A stretch of 64,000 nucleotides of DNA. It comes from Terriglobia bacterium. Its GTDB lineage: Bacteria > Acidobacteriota > Terriglobia > Acidiferrales > UBA7541. The position numbers and the translations under genes were made by a program. Every line of letters begins with the position of its first letter. Position 1 is the stretch's first letter. Of this stretch, positions 49,747 to 59,514 are shown one piece after another. The DNA lies in assembly GCA_963695545.1 (NCBI GenBank), contig OY968796.1:3936001-4000000 (forward strand), written 5' to 3'. Below the pieces are notes generated by a model that saw nothing but the letters and a program-made list of their open reading frames with translations, made no database searches and was not told the DNA's origin.

Positions 49747-50769
49747 ATGGAAACGAACGGCATACCTCGAATCGACCGCATCTCTCCGGCAGCAGCCGTG
49801 CCGGGCGGCGACGTGACCATCCACGGAACTTTTCATTCCGCGCCGAGCGTGCGGCCGCGCGTGCGCTTCGGCGACGCCGAGGCCAGCCTGCTGATCGCGA
49901 GCGATGAATACTTAATTGCGCGCGTGCCCGAAGGTTCGATCGGCGGCCTGGTGCGCGTTGAAACATCGCGCGCGGCAAGCCAACCGTTCGCCATGCACGT
50001 CGGCGTGCAAATCGCCGACAACTTGCATCCGGTCGCGAATCCCGCTGTGGACGCCGCGGGAAATATCTACGTGACGTTCAGCGGGCAGCGCGGCCATAAA
50101 GCGGCCGTCTCGCTCTACAAGATCACCTCGAATTACACCGTGAAGCCCTTCGTCACCGAAATGACGAATCCCACAGGTCTTGCGATCGACCGCAACGGCG
50201 CGCTTTTCGTTTCCTGCCGGAACGACGGCACGATCCATCGCGTCTCGCCCGAGGGCCGCGCCGAGATGTGGATCGAAGGCATGGGCGTCGCCACCGGCAT
50301 CGCGTTCGATCGGCGCGGAAATCTTTTTGTCGGCGATCGCAGCGGAACAATTTTCAAGATCAGTCCGGACAAGGAAATTTTCGTCTTTGCCACGCTTGAA
50401 CCGTCGATCGCGGCGTATCATCTCGCGTTCAGTCCGTCCGGCGAACTCTTCGTCACCGGGCCCACCACATCGAGCTTCGATCGCGTCTATCGCATCGATC
50501 AGCAAGGCGAAGTGACCACGTTCTATCGCGGATTGGGACGCCCGCAAGGACTCGCGTTCGATAGCCTCGGCAATTTGTATGTCGTCGCTTCGCTTGCCGG
50601 ACACCGCGGCGTGGTGCGCATTTCGCCGAGCGGAAACGCCGAGCAGGTGATCAGCGGAGTCGGACTCGTCGGCATCGCGCTGCCGCCGGGGCGACGCGCG
50701 GTGCTCGCGGCGACGACGTCGCTCTACAGCCTCGACTGGGAAGTCGAAGGAGCCTCGCTGCCGATTTAG
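49747..50769 (+). CDS. IPT/TIG domain plus NHL/SMP-30-like beta-propeller protein
   Basis: PRIDRISPAAAVPGGDVTIHG; blades PAVDAAGNIYV, PTGLAIDRNGALFV, TGIAFDRRGNLFV, PQGLAFDSLGNLYV. Confidence 0.85.
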   Translation: METNGIPRIDRISPAAAVPGGDVTIHGTFHSAPSVRPRVRFGDAEASLLIASDEYLIARVPEGSIGGLVRVETSRAASQPFAMHVGVQIADNLHPVANPAVDAAGNIYVTFSGQRGHKAAVSLYKITSNYTVKPFVTEMTNPTGLAIDRNGALFVSCRNDGTIHRVSPEGRAEMWIEGMGVATGIAFDRRGNLFVGDRSGTIFKISPDKEIFVFATLEPSIAAYHLAFSPSGELFVTGPTTSSFDRVYRIDQQGEVTTFYRGLGRPQGLAFDSLGNLYVVASLAGHRGVVRISPSGNAEQVISGVGLVGIALPPGRRAVLAATTSLYSLDWEVEGASLPI

Positions 50770-50781
50770 CGCGCGCCAGAA

Positions 50782-52098
50782 ATGAAAGCGGAAATCATAG
50801 CGGTTGGCTCGGAACTGCTCACGCCGGATCGCATCGACACGAATTCCCTTTTTCTCACCGAGCATCTCAATCGCCTGGGCATCGAAGTCACGCGCAAATC
50901 GGTGGTCGGCGACAATCTCGCCGCGATTCAAGATACATTTCGCGGAGCGCTCGAACGAGTCGAACTCGTTGTCGCCTCCGGCGGACTCGGTCCCACGGAA
51001 GACGATTTGACGCGCGAAGCCGTCGCCGAACTTCTCGGCCTGCGCCTTGTGCAAAATGAAGGCGTGATTCGCGCGATTCAGGAGCGTTTCCAAAAGCGCG
51101 GCCGCGCGATGGCCGAAAATAACGCGCGCCAGGCGATGGTGCCCGAAGGCGCGACGATTCTTGAAAATAAGCGCGGCACCGCACCGGGACTTTGGATCGA
51201 ATCGAAGCAGCGTATCGTGATTCTGTTGCCCGGGCCGCCGCGGGAATTGAAGGCGTTGTTCGAGAGCGAAGTTGAGCCGCGCCTCGCGCGCCACGCGCCC
51301 GCATTGCGATTGCATCATCGCGAGCTGCGCACGGTGGGATTGCCGGAATCCGATCTCGATCTGCGCATTGCGCCGATCTACAAAACGTATGCCGACGTGG
51401 AGACAACCGTTCTCGCGGGGCCCGGCGAAATTGAAGTCCACTTCCGCCTCTGGTCGGCCGATGCGGCCGACGCCGAGCGGCGCCTTGACGAACTCGAACG
51501 GCACGTGGCGCTCGCGCTCGGCGAATTCATCGTTTCAACGGGCGGCGAAACGCTCGAACAAGTGGTCGGCCGGCTGCTCGCCGCACACCACGCGACGATT
51601 GCCACGGCGGAAAGCTGCACGGCGGGATTAGTGGCCGAGCGGCTCACGCGCGTCCCGGGCAGCTCCGCATATTTTCTGGGCGGAGTGGTCTGCTACAGCA
51701 ACGAATTGAAAACGGCGTTCGCGGACGTGCCGGCCGAAATGATCGAGAAATACGGCGCGGTCAGCGCGGAAGTGGCGCGGAGTCTCGCGGAAGGAATTCG
51801 CCGGCGCACCGGCGCGGCGCTGGGCGTGAGCGTCACGGGCGTGGCCGGGCCCGGCGGCGGAACTCCCGCGAAGCCCGTGGGCACGGTGCACATCGCGCTG
51901 GCCGCGGCGGGTGGCACGATCGAGCGCGGGCTTTTATTGACCGGCGAACGCGAGCGCATCCGCTGGCAAGCGTCGCAATCGGCGCTGGACATTGTGCGGC
52001 GCCATTTTCTCGGCGCGACCGGGCTCGGCGCGACCGGGCGCGGCGGCGCGCCAGCATCGCTTCGCAGCGTGCCTCAAAAAACAAATTCAAAGGCTTGA
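50782..52098 (+). CDS. cinA: Competence/damage-inducible protein CinA (MoCF-like domain plus NMN deamidase)
   Basis: AVGSELL, DTNS, GGLGPTEDDLT, GTAPG, AESCTAG, GAVS, TGVAGPGG. Confidence 0.96.
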   Translation: MKAEIIAVGSELLTPDRIDTNSLFLTEHLNRLGIEVTRKSVVGDNLAAIQDTFRGALERVELVVASGGLGPTEDDLTREAVAELLGLRLVQNEGVIRAIQERFQKRGRAMAENNARQAMVPEGATILENKRGTAPGLWIESKQRIVILLPGPPRELKALFESEVEPRLARHAPALRLHHRELRTVGLPESDLDLRIAPIYKTYADVETTVLAGPGEIEVHFRLWSADAADAERRLDELERHVALALGEFIVSTGGETLEQVVGRLLAAHHATIATAESCTAGLVAERLTRVPGSSAYFLGGVVCYSNELKTAFADVPAEMIEKYGAVSAEVARSLAEGIRRRTGAALGVSVTGVAGPGGGTPAKPVGTVHIALAAAGGTIERGLLLTGERERIRWQASQSALDIVRRHFLGATGLGATGRGGAPASLRSVPQKTNSKA

Positions 52099-52102
52099 GC
52101 GC

Positions 52103-52678
52103 ATGCGCCTCTTCGTCGCCGTGGAAACTCCCGAAGCGGTGCGCCGCGCGCTTCGCGCGTGGATCGCGCCGCTGGAAGCCGCGTATCCGCGCGCGCGCTG
52201 GGTGCGCGCGGAAAATCTGCACGTCACGCTGAAATTCATCGGCGATGCCGCAACGGAAAGTCTCGATGCGTTGCGTGATGCGTTGCGCGCGGTGCGCCAA
52301 GCGGCGCCGATCGAGATTCATTTTCGCGGCGCCGGTTTTTTCCCAAACGAGCGGCGGCCGCGCGTGCTGTGGGCCGGAATCGAAGCTGGCCCCGAACTCG
52401 CGCTACTTGCGAAAGCGATCGAGCAAGCGCTCGAACCCGCAGGCGTGCCGCGCGAAACGCGAGCGTTTCGTCCGCATTTGACCGTAGCGCGATTCCCCGA
52501 GAAATCGGACGCCGGCGGCGTGGCAAGAATCCGCGGCACGCTCGCCGCAGCAGCCGCGCCGGATTTCGGCTCGGCGCGCGTTGCGGAATTTCATTTGTAT
52601 CGCAGCGTGCTGAAACCTTCCGGCGCGGAGTACACTCGCCTGGATTCTTTCGACTTTACGCGGAGCGATTCCGAGTGA
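52103..52678 (+). CDS. thpR: RNA 2',3'-cyclic phosphodiesterase (2H family)
   Basis: MRLFVAV; two HxT motifs (LHVTLKF, PHLTVAR); RPRVLWAG. Confidence 0.95.
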   Translation: MRLFVAVETPEAVRRALRAWIAPLEAAYPRARWVRAENLHVTLKFIGDAATESLDALRDALRAVRQAAPIEIHFRGAGFFPNERRPRVLWAGIEAGPELALLAKAIEQALEPAGVPRETRAFRPHLTVARFPEKSDAGGVARIRGTLAAAAAPDFGSARVAEFHLYRSVLKPSGAEYTRLDSFDFTRSDSE

Positions 52679-53265
52679 CGCCAGCCCCGATTCTCGCCCC
52701 GCTCTTGCGCACGCAGGCCGGCATCCTGTCGGCCGCGTATCTGCTTGGATCGATTCCCTTCGCGCGCCTGCTCGGGCGGACCCGCGATGCGGGTATAGCC
52801 GCGCGCGCGGCGCTGGTTCTTCTCGATGGCGCGAAAGCATTTCTCGCCGTGCGCTTGGCCGAAAGATTGACGCACGGCAACATCCATTGGATGACCTACG
52901 CGGCCCTGGCCGCAATTCTTGGGCACATGTTTCCCGTGTGGCTCGGCTTCCGCGGCGGGCACGGCGTGGCTACGGCGGCTGGCGCATTTCTGGTGATCTG
53001 CTGGCAGGCCGTGGCGCTGAACGTCGGCTTGTGGATCGTGGTGGTCTGGTTCTGGGGTTACGCTTCGATCGGCTCGCTCGCGGCGGCGGCCGCGCTGCCC
53101 ATGCTGCTATATCTGCTCTATGCACCCGGCCACGCGCCACCCAGCATGCTTTCGGCCAGTGCGCTGCTGGTTACCGCGCTGCTGGTGGTTAAACATCGGA
53201 CGAATATCGAGCGTTTGCTGGCGGGCACCGAGCCGCGGTTTTCGCTCCGGCGGCCGAAATCGTGA
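52675..53265 (+). CDS. plsY: PlsY-family glycerol-3-phosphate acyltransferase homologue, lacking motif 1
   Basis: YLLGSIPF, GHMFPVWLGFRGGHGVAT, KHRTNIERLLAGTE; GTGA overlap with thpR. Confidence 0.8.
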   Translation: MTPAPILAPLLRTQAGILSAAYLLGSIPFARLLGRTRDAGIAARAALVLLDGAKAFLAVRLAERLTHGNIHWMTYAALAAILGHMFPVWLGFRGGHGVATAAGAFLVICWQAVALNVGLWIVVVWFWGYASIGSLAAAAALPMLLYLLYAPGHAPPSMLSASALLVTALLVVKHRTNIERLLAGTEPRFSLRRPKS

Positions 53266-53382
53266 ATCGCGCGCCTACGCCGCCCGGCTATTAGCAAGTC
53301 CGCTATCGAGGCGTCACCGCCGAGCCTTCCACTACGCCCGAAGCCCCTAAAATGATAGAGCGACGAGTGGGTCAGCGCCCCC

Positions 53383-55182
53383 ATGAGCATCGACGCCATC
53401 AAGTCCGCCCTCGCACGCCCGCGCATCCTCTGGATGGTGCTGGGCGCGATGCTGCTCGTCAGCGTGCTTCCGCTTGGCCTTTACCACCGTCAGGTGCTCC
53501 AACTGAGCCAGGAAAAGTTGACGGACACCGAGAGCTTGCAGCAAACCGAAGTGACGCGCTCGGTGGCGGAAGAAATCCAGCTTTTCGACACCAACCTCTA
53601 CCAGCAGCTCATCAGCGAGCGCCAGATTCTGGCATTGACCAACCTGATCGGATCGGTGAACGACCCGGTGGAGGCACCGCAACTGACGCGCCTGCTTGAA
53701 AACTTCGTATCGAGCGATCCCAACATCTTGTACATGACGGCGGTCGGTGCCGACGCCAAGGGCGCCGATGCCGGCGTGCTTTCTCCCGCCGAGGATCCGT
53801 TCGTGAGCAATGCGCTGCAACGCGCGTTCACGTCATGCGTGCAGTCCGACGTGGTGGTGTTCCGCAGCGATCCGCTGGCGATCGGCGTGGACAATCGCCC
53901 GGCGATCGTGATGGCGATTCCGCTGCGCGTGGGAGATCAATTCGGAGGGATGCTGGCCGCAGTGGTTTCGCTCGATCCGATTCTGCAGCGGCTGAAGGAA
54001 ACCAGCGTGCGCGGGCGCGTGGTCTACGTGGTGGATCGCTCCGGGCACATCGTGGCGCATCCGGACACGCGGCAATTCGTGCCGGGCACGGACGCGCGCG
54101 CAAGCTCCGACGTTGTGGCGCAAGTAACCGCGCTGCCCGAGGAACTGAGCGCCACCGAAACCGTGCAGCAATTCTCGCGACAGGAAAACGGCCGCTCAGT
54201 GCCGATGATCGGAACCTACAGCACGATACCCGATCTCAATTGGGCGGTGGTCGCGGAGCGCAGCCTTGAAGTGGCGCGCGAGGACGCCGGCGTGAACGAA
54301 TTAAATGCGCAGGCCTTGAGGTTCGTACTCATCGTCGGATTCTGCGCGCTGCTGCTCGGATATTTGTTCGCCGTGGGCATCAGCTCGCCGATTCGCGCGC
54401 TCGCATCTTCGACGCAAGCCATCAGCCGCGGCGAATTTCACGAGCGCGCGCCGGTGCGCGGCGCGGCGGAAATCAGCGAATTGGCCGAGACCTTCAACAG
54501 CATGGCCGGCGACATCGAACAGTTCATCGAACGATTGAAGCTGGCCGCGCAGGAAAACCGCGAGCTGTTCTTGAACAGCATCCGCATGGTCGCGGCGGCT
54601 ATCGACGAAAAAGATCCGTATACGCGCGGTCATTCGGGGCGCGTGGCGAAATATTCGCTGATTATCGCGAAAGAGCTTGGACAGAGCGACGCGGAGATGG
54701 ACACGCTGCGCGTCTCCGCGCTGCTGCACGACGTAGGAAAAATCGGCGTGGACGATCGCATCTTGAAAAAGCCGGGCAAGCTGACGGACGAAGAGTTCGA
54801 TCAGATGAAGGAGCATCCCACGAAGGGCGCCAACATCATGCGCCCCGTCGCGCAGTTGAAAGACATGCTGCCGGGGATCGAGCTTCACCACGAGCGCATC
54901 GACGGAGCGGGTTACCCGTACGGCCTTCGCGGCGAAGAGATTCCGATGATGGCGCGCATCATTGCGGTGGCCGACGCCTGCGACGCCATCACCACCGATC
55001 GTCCCTATCATTCCGGGCACGACCTCGAATATGCGCTGAAGGAAATTCGCAACGTCGCGGGCAAACGCTACGCCGTCGAAGTTGTGGACGCGCTCGAAGT
55101 CGTGATCCGCTCGGGAAAACTCAAGCTCACCGCCAGACCTGCCGAGATTCCAAGTACACCGGTTGAAAGCGCGGCACACTGA
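53383..55182 (+). CDS. Membrane Cache-HAMP-HD-GYP cyclic-dinucleotide phosphodiesterase
   Basis: Two TMs flanking a Cache-like domain; HAMP (EISELAETFNSM); KDPYTRGHS, LHDVGKIG, HHERIDGAGYP. Confidence 0.92.
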   Translation: MSIDAIKSALARPRILWMVLGAMLLVSVLPLGLYHRQVLQLSQEKLTDTESLQQTEVTRSVAEEIQLFDTNLYQQLISERQILALTNLIGSVNDPVEAPQLTRLLENFVSSDPNILYMTAVGADAKGADAGVLSPAEDPFVSNALQRAFTSCVQSDVVVFRSDPLAIGVDNRPAIVMAIPLRVGDQFGGMLAAVVSLDPILQRLKETSVRGRVVYVVDRSGHIVAHPDTRQFVPGTDARASSDVVAQVTALPEELSATETVQQFSRQENGRSVPMIGTYSTIPDLNWAVVAERSLEVAREDAGVNELNAQALRFVLIVGFCALLLGYLFAVGISSPIRALASSTQAISRGEFHERAPVRGAAEISELAETFNSMAGDIEQFIERLKLAAQENRELFLNSIRMVAAAIDEKDPYTRGHSGRVAKYSLIIAKELGQSDAEMDTLRVSALLHDVGKIGVDDRILKKPGKLTDEEFDQMKEHPTKGANIMRPVAQLKDMLPGIELHHERIDGAGYPYGLRGEEIPMMARIIAVADACDAITTDRPYHSGHDLEYALKEIRNVAGKRYAVEVVDALEVVIRSGKLKLTARPAEIPSTPVESAAH

Positions 55183-55268
55183 CCACTGCGGGTGCGCCGC
55201 CGACCCGTTCGGCTCAAGGACGCGGCTCTGCTAGAATTGTTGTCGCGGGCATCGGCCCACTCCATCTC

Positions 55269-56255
55269 ATGTTCTCCCTGTTCGGAAAAGGCAAAGAGAA
55301 GGCTAAGAGCGAAGGGTCGTTGCTCGACCGGCTGAAGCGGTCGGTGGAGCGCACACGATCGCAGATCGCGGCGCGCGTCGAGGAGCTGGTCAGCGGCGAA
55401 AAGCGGCTGGATGCCGCGGCGCTTACGCAGCTTGAGAATTCGCTGCTCGCGGCGGATCTCGGTGTGCGCACCACGCGCGACCTTGTCGATGCGGTGCGGC
55501 GGGCGGCGGATAGCGCGCCGTTGCGCAGTTCGGGCGCGATCAAGCAGGTGCTGAAAGCGCAGCTGATGACAATTCTGCAAGCGGCGCCAGCGGCTGCATC
55601 GAACGGAACCGGTGCGGCCGCGGCAGAATCGGCAGCTGCTCCTCGCCCCGAAGTGCTTTTCATCGTGGGCGTGAACGGAACTGGCAAAACGACCACGATC
55701 GGAAAATTAGCGCATCGCTTGCGTCAAGAAGGACAAAGCGTGCTGCTTTGCGCAGGCGATACATTTCGTGCGGCGGCGATTGAGCAATTGGCGGTGTGGG
55801 CTGAGCGCACGGGCGCGGAACTCATCAGCCAGAAATCGGGCGCCGATCCCTCGGCGGTGCTGCACGACGCGCTGACGGCGGCGCGCTCTCGCGACGTGGA
55901 CGTGGTGATCGTGGACACGGCGGGGCGGCTGCACACGAAATCGAACTTGATGGCGGAACTTGAAAAAATGCGGCGCACGGCGTCGAAGCTCGTGCCGGGC
56001 GCGCCGCACGACGTTTTGCTGGTGATGGACGCGACGACCGGGCAAAACGGTTTGGCACAAGCGCGCGAATTCACGGCGGCCGCAGGCGTTAGCGGAATTG
56101 TGTTGACGAAACTCGATGGCACGGCCAAAGGCGGCATCGTGGTGGCCATCACGCGCGAATTGGGCTTGCCGGTGCGCTTCGTCGGAACCGGCGAATCGGC
56201 CGACGACCTTGTGCCGTTCGATGCGGAAGCGTTCGTCACTTCCCTTTTTGAATGA
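55269..56255 (+). CDS. ftsY: Signal recognition particle receptor FtsY
   Basis: GVNGTGKTTT, DTFRAAA, DTAGR, TKLDGTAKGG. Confidence 0.98.
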   Translation: MFSLFGKGKEKAKSEGSLLDRLKRSVERTRSQIAARVEELVSGEKRLDAAALTQLENSLLAADLGVRTTRDLVDAVRRAADSAPLRSSGAIKQVLKAQLMTILQAAPAAASNGTGAAAAESAAAPRPEVLFIVGVNGTGKTTTIGKLAHRLRQEGQSVLLCAGDTFRAAAIEQLAVWAERTGAELISQKSGADPSAVLHDALTAARSRDVDVVIVDTAGRLHTKSNLMAELEKMRRTASKLVPGAPHDVLLVMDATTGQNGLAQAREFTAAAGVSGIVLTKLDGTAKGGIVVAITRELGLPVRFVGTGESADDLVPFDAEAFVTSLFE

Positions 56256-57421
56256 CGCCTCCGAAGCCGCCCATGACCACGACCGGCTCGTCCGCCACGG
56301 ACGACGCGCTGTGGATGGCGCGCGCGCTGGACCTTGCGCGGCAGGGCGAAGCGCAGGCCAGCCCGAATCCGATGGTGGGCGCCGTGGTGGTGCGCGCGGG
56401 ATTGGCTGCCGGCGAAGGATTTCACAACTACACCGATCCGCGGCACGCGGAAATTGTGGCGCTCGAATCGACCGGAGACGGCGCGCGCGGCGCGACGCTG
56501 TACGTGAATCTCGAACCGTGCTGCACCACGGGGCGAACCGGTCCGTGCACAAAGGCGATTATCGCGGCGGGGATTCGGCGCGTCGTGGCGGCGATGGCCG
56601 ATCCGAATCCGGCGGTCGCGGGACGCGGGTTCGATGAATTGCGCGCGCATGGCGTGGAAGTCGCGGTGGGCGAAGCGGAGGGCGAGGCGCGACGGTTGAA
56701 CGAAGCGTTTGCGGTGTGGATTCGCACGAAGCGGCCGATGGTGACGCTTAAGAGCGCGATCACACTGGATGGGCAAGCCGGCCTTGGCGCTGCGGCCAAA
56801 CGCAGCGGCAAGCGAGCGGATCGCGCCGAGAGGTGGATCAGTTCTGATGAATCGCGCGCGGAAGTGCAGCGCATGCGGCACGCGTCGGACGCGTTGCTCA
56901 CGGGAATCGGCACGATTTTGGCGGACGATCCGGCGCTGACGGATCGCACGGGGCTTGCGCGGCGCAGAAAACTTTTGCGCGTAGTGCTCGATGCGCGTTT
57001 GCGCTTGCCCGCGCGCTCAAAATTGGTGCGCACAGCAGAGAGCGACGTGCTGGTCTTCACCGCGGCGCCGACGGAATCGGCGCAGGCTCGGCATTTGCGC
57101 CGCGCGGGAGTGGAAATCGTGCGCGTGGCGGCGCGGCGCGGGCGCATCGACCTCGGCGACGTGCTCGACGAGTTGGGGCGCCGCGAAATTCTGAGCGTGC
57201 TGCTCGAAGCTGGCCCGACGCTGAATCAGGCCGCGCTCGAAGCGGAGATTGTGGATAAAATGCGGCTGTTCGTAGCGCCGCGCTTCGCGGGGCCTTCGAC
57301 TCATTTGCCTGCGTTCGGCAAGTGGAGCACAGCGCGGCCGCTGGCGAGCGTATCGGTGCGCCGCTTTGGACCGGACGCTTCGATCGAAGGATATTTGCGC
57401 GATGTTTACGGGAATCATTGA
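56252..57421 (+). CDS. ribD: Bifunctional riboflavin deaminase/reductase
   Basis: PNPMVGAV, HAE, LEPC...PC, KSAITLDG, GIGTILADDP. Confidence 0.96.
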   Translation: MTPPKPPMTTTGSSATDDALWMARALDLARQGEAQASPNPMVGAVVVRAGLAAGEGFHNYTDPRHAEIVALESTGDGARGATLYVNLEPCCTTGRTGPCTKAIIAAGIRRVVAAMADPNPAVAGRGFDELRAHGVEVAVGEAEGEARRLNEAFAVWIRTKRPMVTLKSAITLDGQAGLGAAAKRSGKRADRAERWISSDESRAEVQRMRHASDALLTGIGTILADDPALTDRTGLARRRKLLRVVLDARLRLPARSKLVRTAESDVLVFTAAPTESAQARHLRRAGVEIVRVAARRGRIDLGDVLDELGRREILSVLLEAGPTLNQAALEAEIVDKMRLFVAPRFAGPSTHLPAFGKWSTARPLASVSVRRFGPDASIEGYLRDVYGNH

Positions 57422-58046
57422 AGCCGTCGGACGCCTCGAAGCGCTCGAACGCTCCGCCACCGGCGGACGCGTTCGGGTCCACGGCGGGGCGTTAGCGGAA
57501 ATGCTCGCCGTTTCGGGCAGCATCGCCGTGAACGGCTGCTGCCTGACCGTGGTCGAGCGGCACGGAGAAACTTTTTCGGCCGATCTTTCCGGAGAAACGC
57601 TGCGACGCACTTCGTTCGGCGAAATGAAAATCGGGGCGCGCGTGAATCTCGAGCGGCCGTTGCGCGCGGGGCAAGAACTGGGCGGCCATTTCGTGCAGGG
57701 CCACGTCGATGGCGTGGGTCGCATCGCGCGATGGGAGGCTGAAGGCGCGAACTGGTGGCTGGGAGTGCGCGTGCCGGACGATCTTGCGCGTTACGTCGCG
57801 ACCAAGGGCTCGATCGCGATTGACGGGATCAGCTTGACTGTGGCCGCGCTGCACGACGGCATCGTCGAAGCCGCGATTATTCCATTCACCTACGCGCAAA
57901 CGAATTTGGCGGGCGCGGCGGTGGGCGACGCCGTCAATCTGGAATGCGATGTGCTGGCGAAATATGTGGAGCGGCAGATGGAAGCGCGGCGGGAAAATTC
58001 CGGCGGACGCCTGGCGGTCGAGCGCCTGAGAGAACAAGGATTCTGA
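57402..58046 (+). CDS. ribE: Riboflavin synthase (alpha chain)
   Basis: MFTGII, SIAVNGCCLT, VNLER, GGHFVQGHVD, KGSIAIDGISLT. Confidence 0.97.
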   Translation: MFTGIIEAVGRLEALERSATGGRVRVHGGALAEMLAVSGSIAVNGCCLTVVERHGETFSADLSGETLRRTSFGEMKIGARVNLERPLRAGQELGGHFVQGHVDGVGRIARWEAEGANWWLGVRVPDDLARYVATKGSIAIDGISLTVAALHDGIVEAAIIPFTYAQTNLAGAAVGDAVNLECDVLAKYVERQMEARRENSGGRLAVERLREQGF

Positions 58047-58077
58047 GCGTCTTGCAGTAGATTCTCTGCGAAAAATT

Positions 58078-59514
58078 CTACGCGCGCGCCTCGCGATCTT
58101 TGTCCCAAGCGCCGCGAAAATAAAGAATCAATCCGATCAGCACGCACAGCCCTGTGCCGCCGATCAGCTTGCCCTCAAACATCCAGATATTTCGCGTTTC
58201 TCCGGGCGGGATCATCGAAAGCACGATCCCACCCAACACGACCAGAAACCCCAGCGAGCCGGTGAGCCACGCGCCAAACTTGCCGCCGGGAACGAGCACC
58301 ACGTTCTCACTACTCGCGCGATCGGCGCGATACGCGAGTTTGATGAATGCCGCATACATGTACAGGAACGGAATGAAATAAAGAATCACGGCCGCGTCCA
58401 CAAGAATAAAATAGGCGCTGTTGACGGTCTCGTTCAGCTGAATCAGCAGAAGCACGAGGCCTGATATTCCGGCCTGTACGAGAATCGAGACCCAGGGCGT
58501 CTTCCACTTGGGATGAATCTTGCCGAACGCGGCGGGCATGTAATGGTCGATGCCGACGACAAACGGAATGCGCGCGACGCCCGCCACGGTCGATCCCACG
58601 CCACCGGCATTGCCGACGGTCACCAGCACAGCCGCGATGACGCCGAACGCGCTAAGGCGCAGCATGGTGGAGGCCAGCGTAAGCGCTTGAAAAATGCCGC
58701 TTTTCGGGTCCACGACCGCGGCCGGCAACATCGCGAGAAGTGCGATCGTTCCGACGGTGTACATGAACGCGATCGCAAGACCGGAGCCGATGATCGCCGG
58801 CGGAAATATGCGGCGCGGATTGCGCACCTCTTCGCTCATGGCGGAACACAACTCGAGGCCGGTGAACGCGAACGCAATCTGCGGCCAGAAATTCACGGTG
58901 TTCCAATTCCACGAAGGCCGTATGGTGGCCCAGGAGAAATGCGTGGCCGAACCGTGCGCGTGCCAAACGTATGCGCCCATGCCCACCAGCATGAGCAGCG
59001 GCGCATAGGTGGCCACGCCGCCGGCGTTTTGCAGCCACTTTCCCACGTCGAGGCCAATCAGATTCAGCCACACCGCGACGATCAGCAACGCGAATGACCC
59101 CAGCATCAAAAACCATCGGCTCTGCGCCAAATGCGCGGCGCCGCTTCCGCCCATGTACGCCGCCATCGCCGCGCTGGCCATCAAGAGGCCGGGGAAATAA
59201 AAAAATGTGTAGACCCAGTAAGTCCATCCGGCGACGAATCCGTGAAATTCGCCGAAGGCTTCCTTGGACCACTCGTAGAGGCCGCCTTCTTCGGGAAAGC
59301 GCGTCGAAAGTTCCATGATCACAAGAGAAGTCGGCAGAAAGAAAAACACGGCGGACAACACCCACAAGCTGATCGAGGACGCGCCGTTGTGCGCCGCCGC
59401 TGCAATCCAACGCGGTCCGAGAACCGTGGCGATATTGAACAGCAGGACATCCCAAAAACCCATCACGCGGCGAAGCTGGCTTTTGGGGTCGGCGGAGGCC
59501 GGCGCTTGGCTCAC
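58078..59514 (-). CDS. APC family amino acid permease (GadC/YjeM-like)
   Basis: About 12 TMs; ELSTRFPEEGGLYEW, AFTGLE...SEEVRNPRR, KIHPKWKTP. Confidence 0.93.
   Translation of the reverse strand: MSQAPASADPKSQLRRVMGFWDVLLFNIATVLGPRWIAAAAHNGASSISLWVLSAVFFFLPTSLVIMELSTRFPEEGGLYEWSKEAFGEFHGFVAGWTYWVYTFFYFPGLLMASAAMAAYMGGSGAAHLAQSRWFLMLGSFALLIVAVWLNLIGLDVGKWLQNAGGVATYAPLLMLVGMGAYVWHAHGSATHFSWATIRPSWNWNTVNFWPQIAFAFTGLELCSAMSEEVRNPRRIFPPAIIGSGLAIAFMYTVGTIALLAMLPAAVVDPKSGIFQALTLASTMLRLSAFGVIAAVLVTVGNAGGVGSTVAGVARIPFVVGIDHYMPAAFGKIHPKWKTPWVSILVQAGISGLVLLLIQLNETVNSAYFILVDAAVILYFIPFLYMYAAFIKLAYRADRASSENVVLVPGGKFGAWLTGSLGFLVVLGGIVLSMIPPGETRNIWMFEGKLIGGTGLCVLIGLILYFRGAWDKDREARA

Noticed and set aside
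56200..56260. FMN riboswitch before ribD-ribE
   Set aside because: ribD overlaps the ftsY stop; there is no leader space and no RFN consensus.
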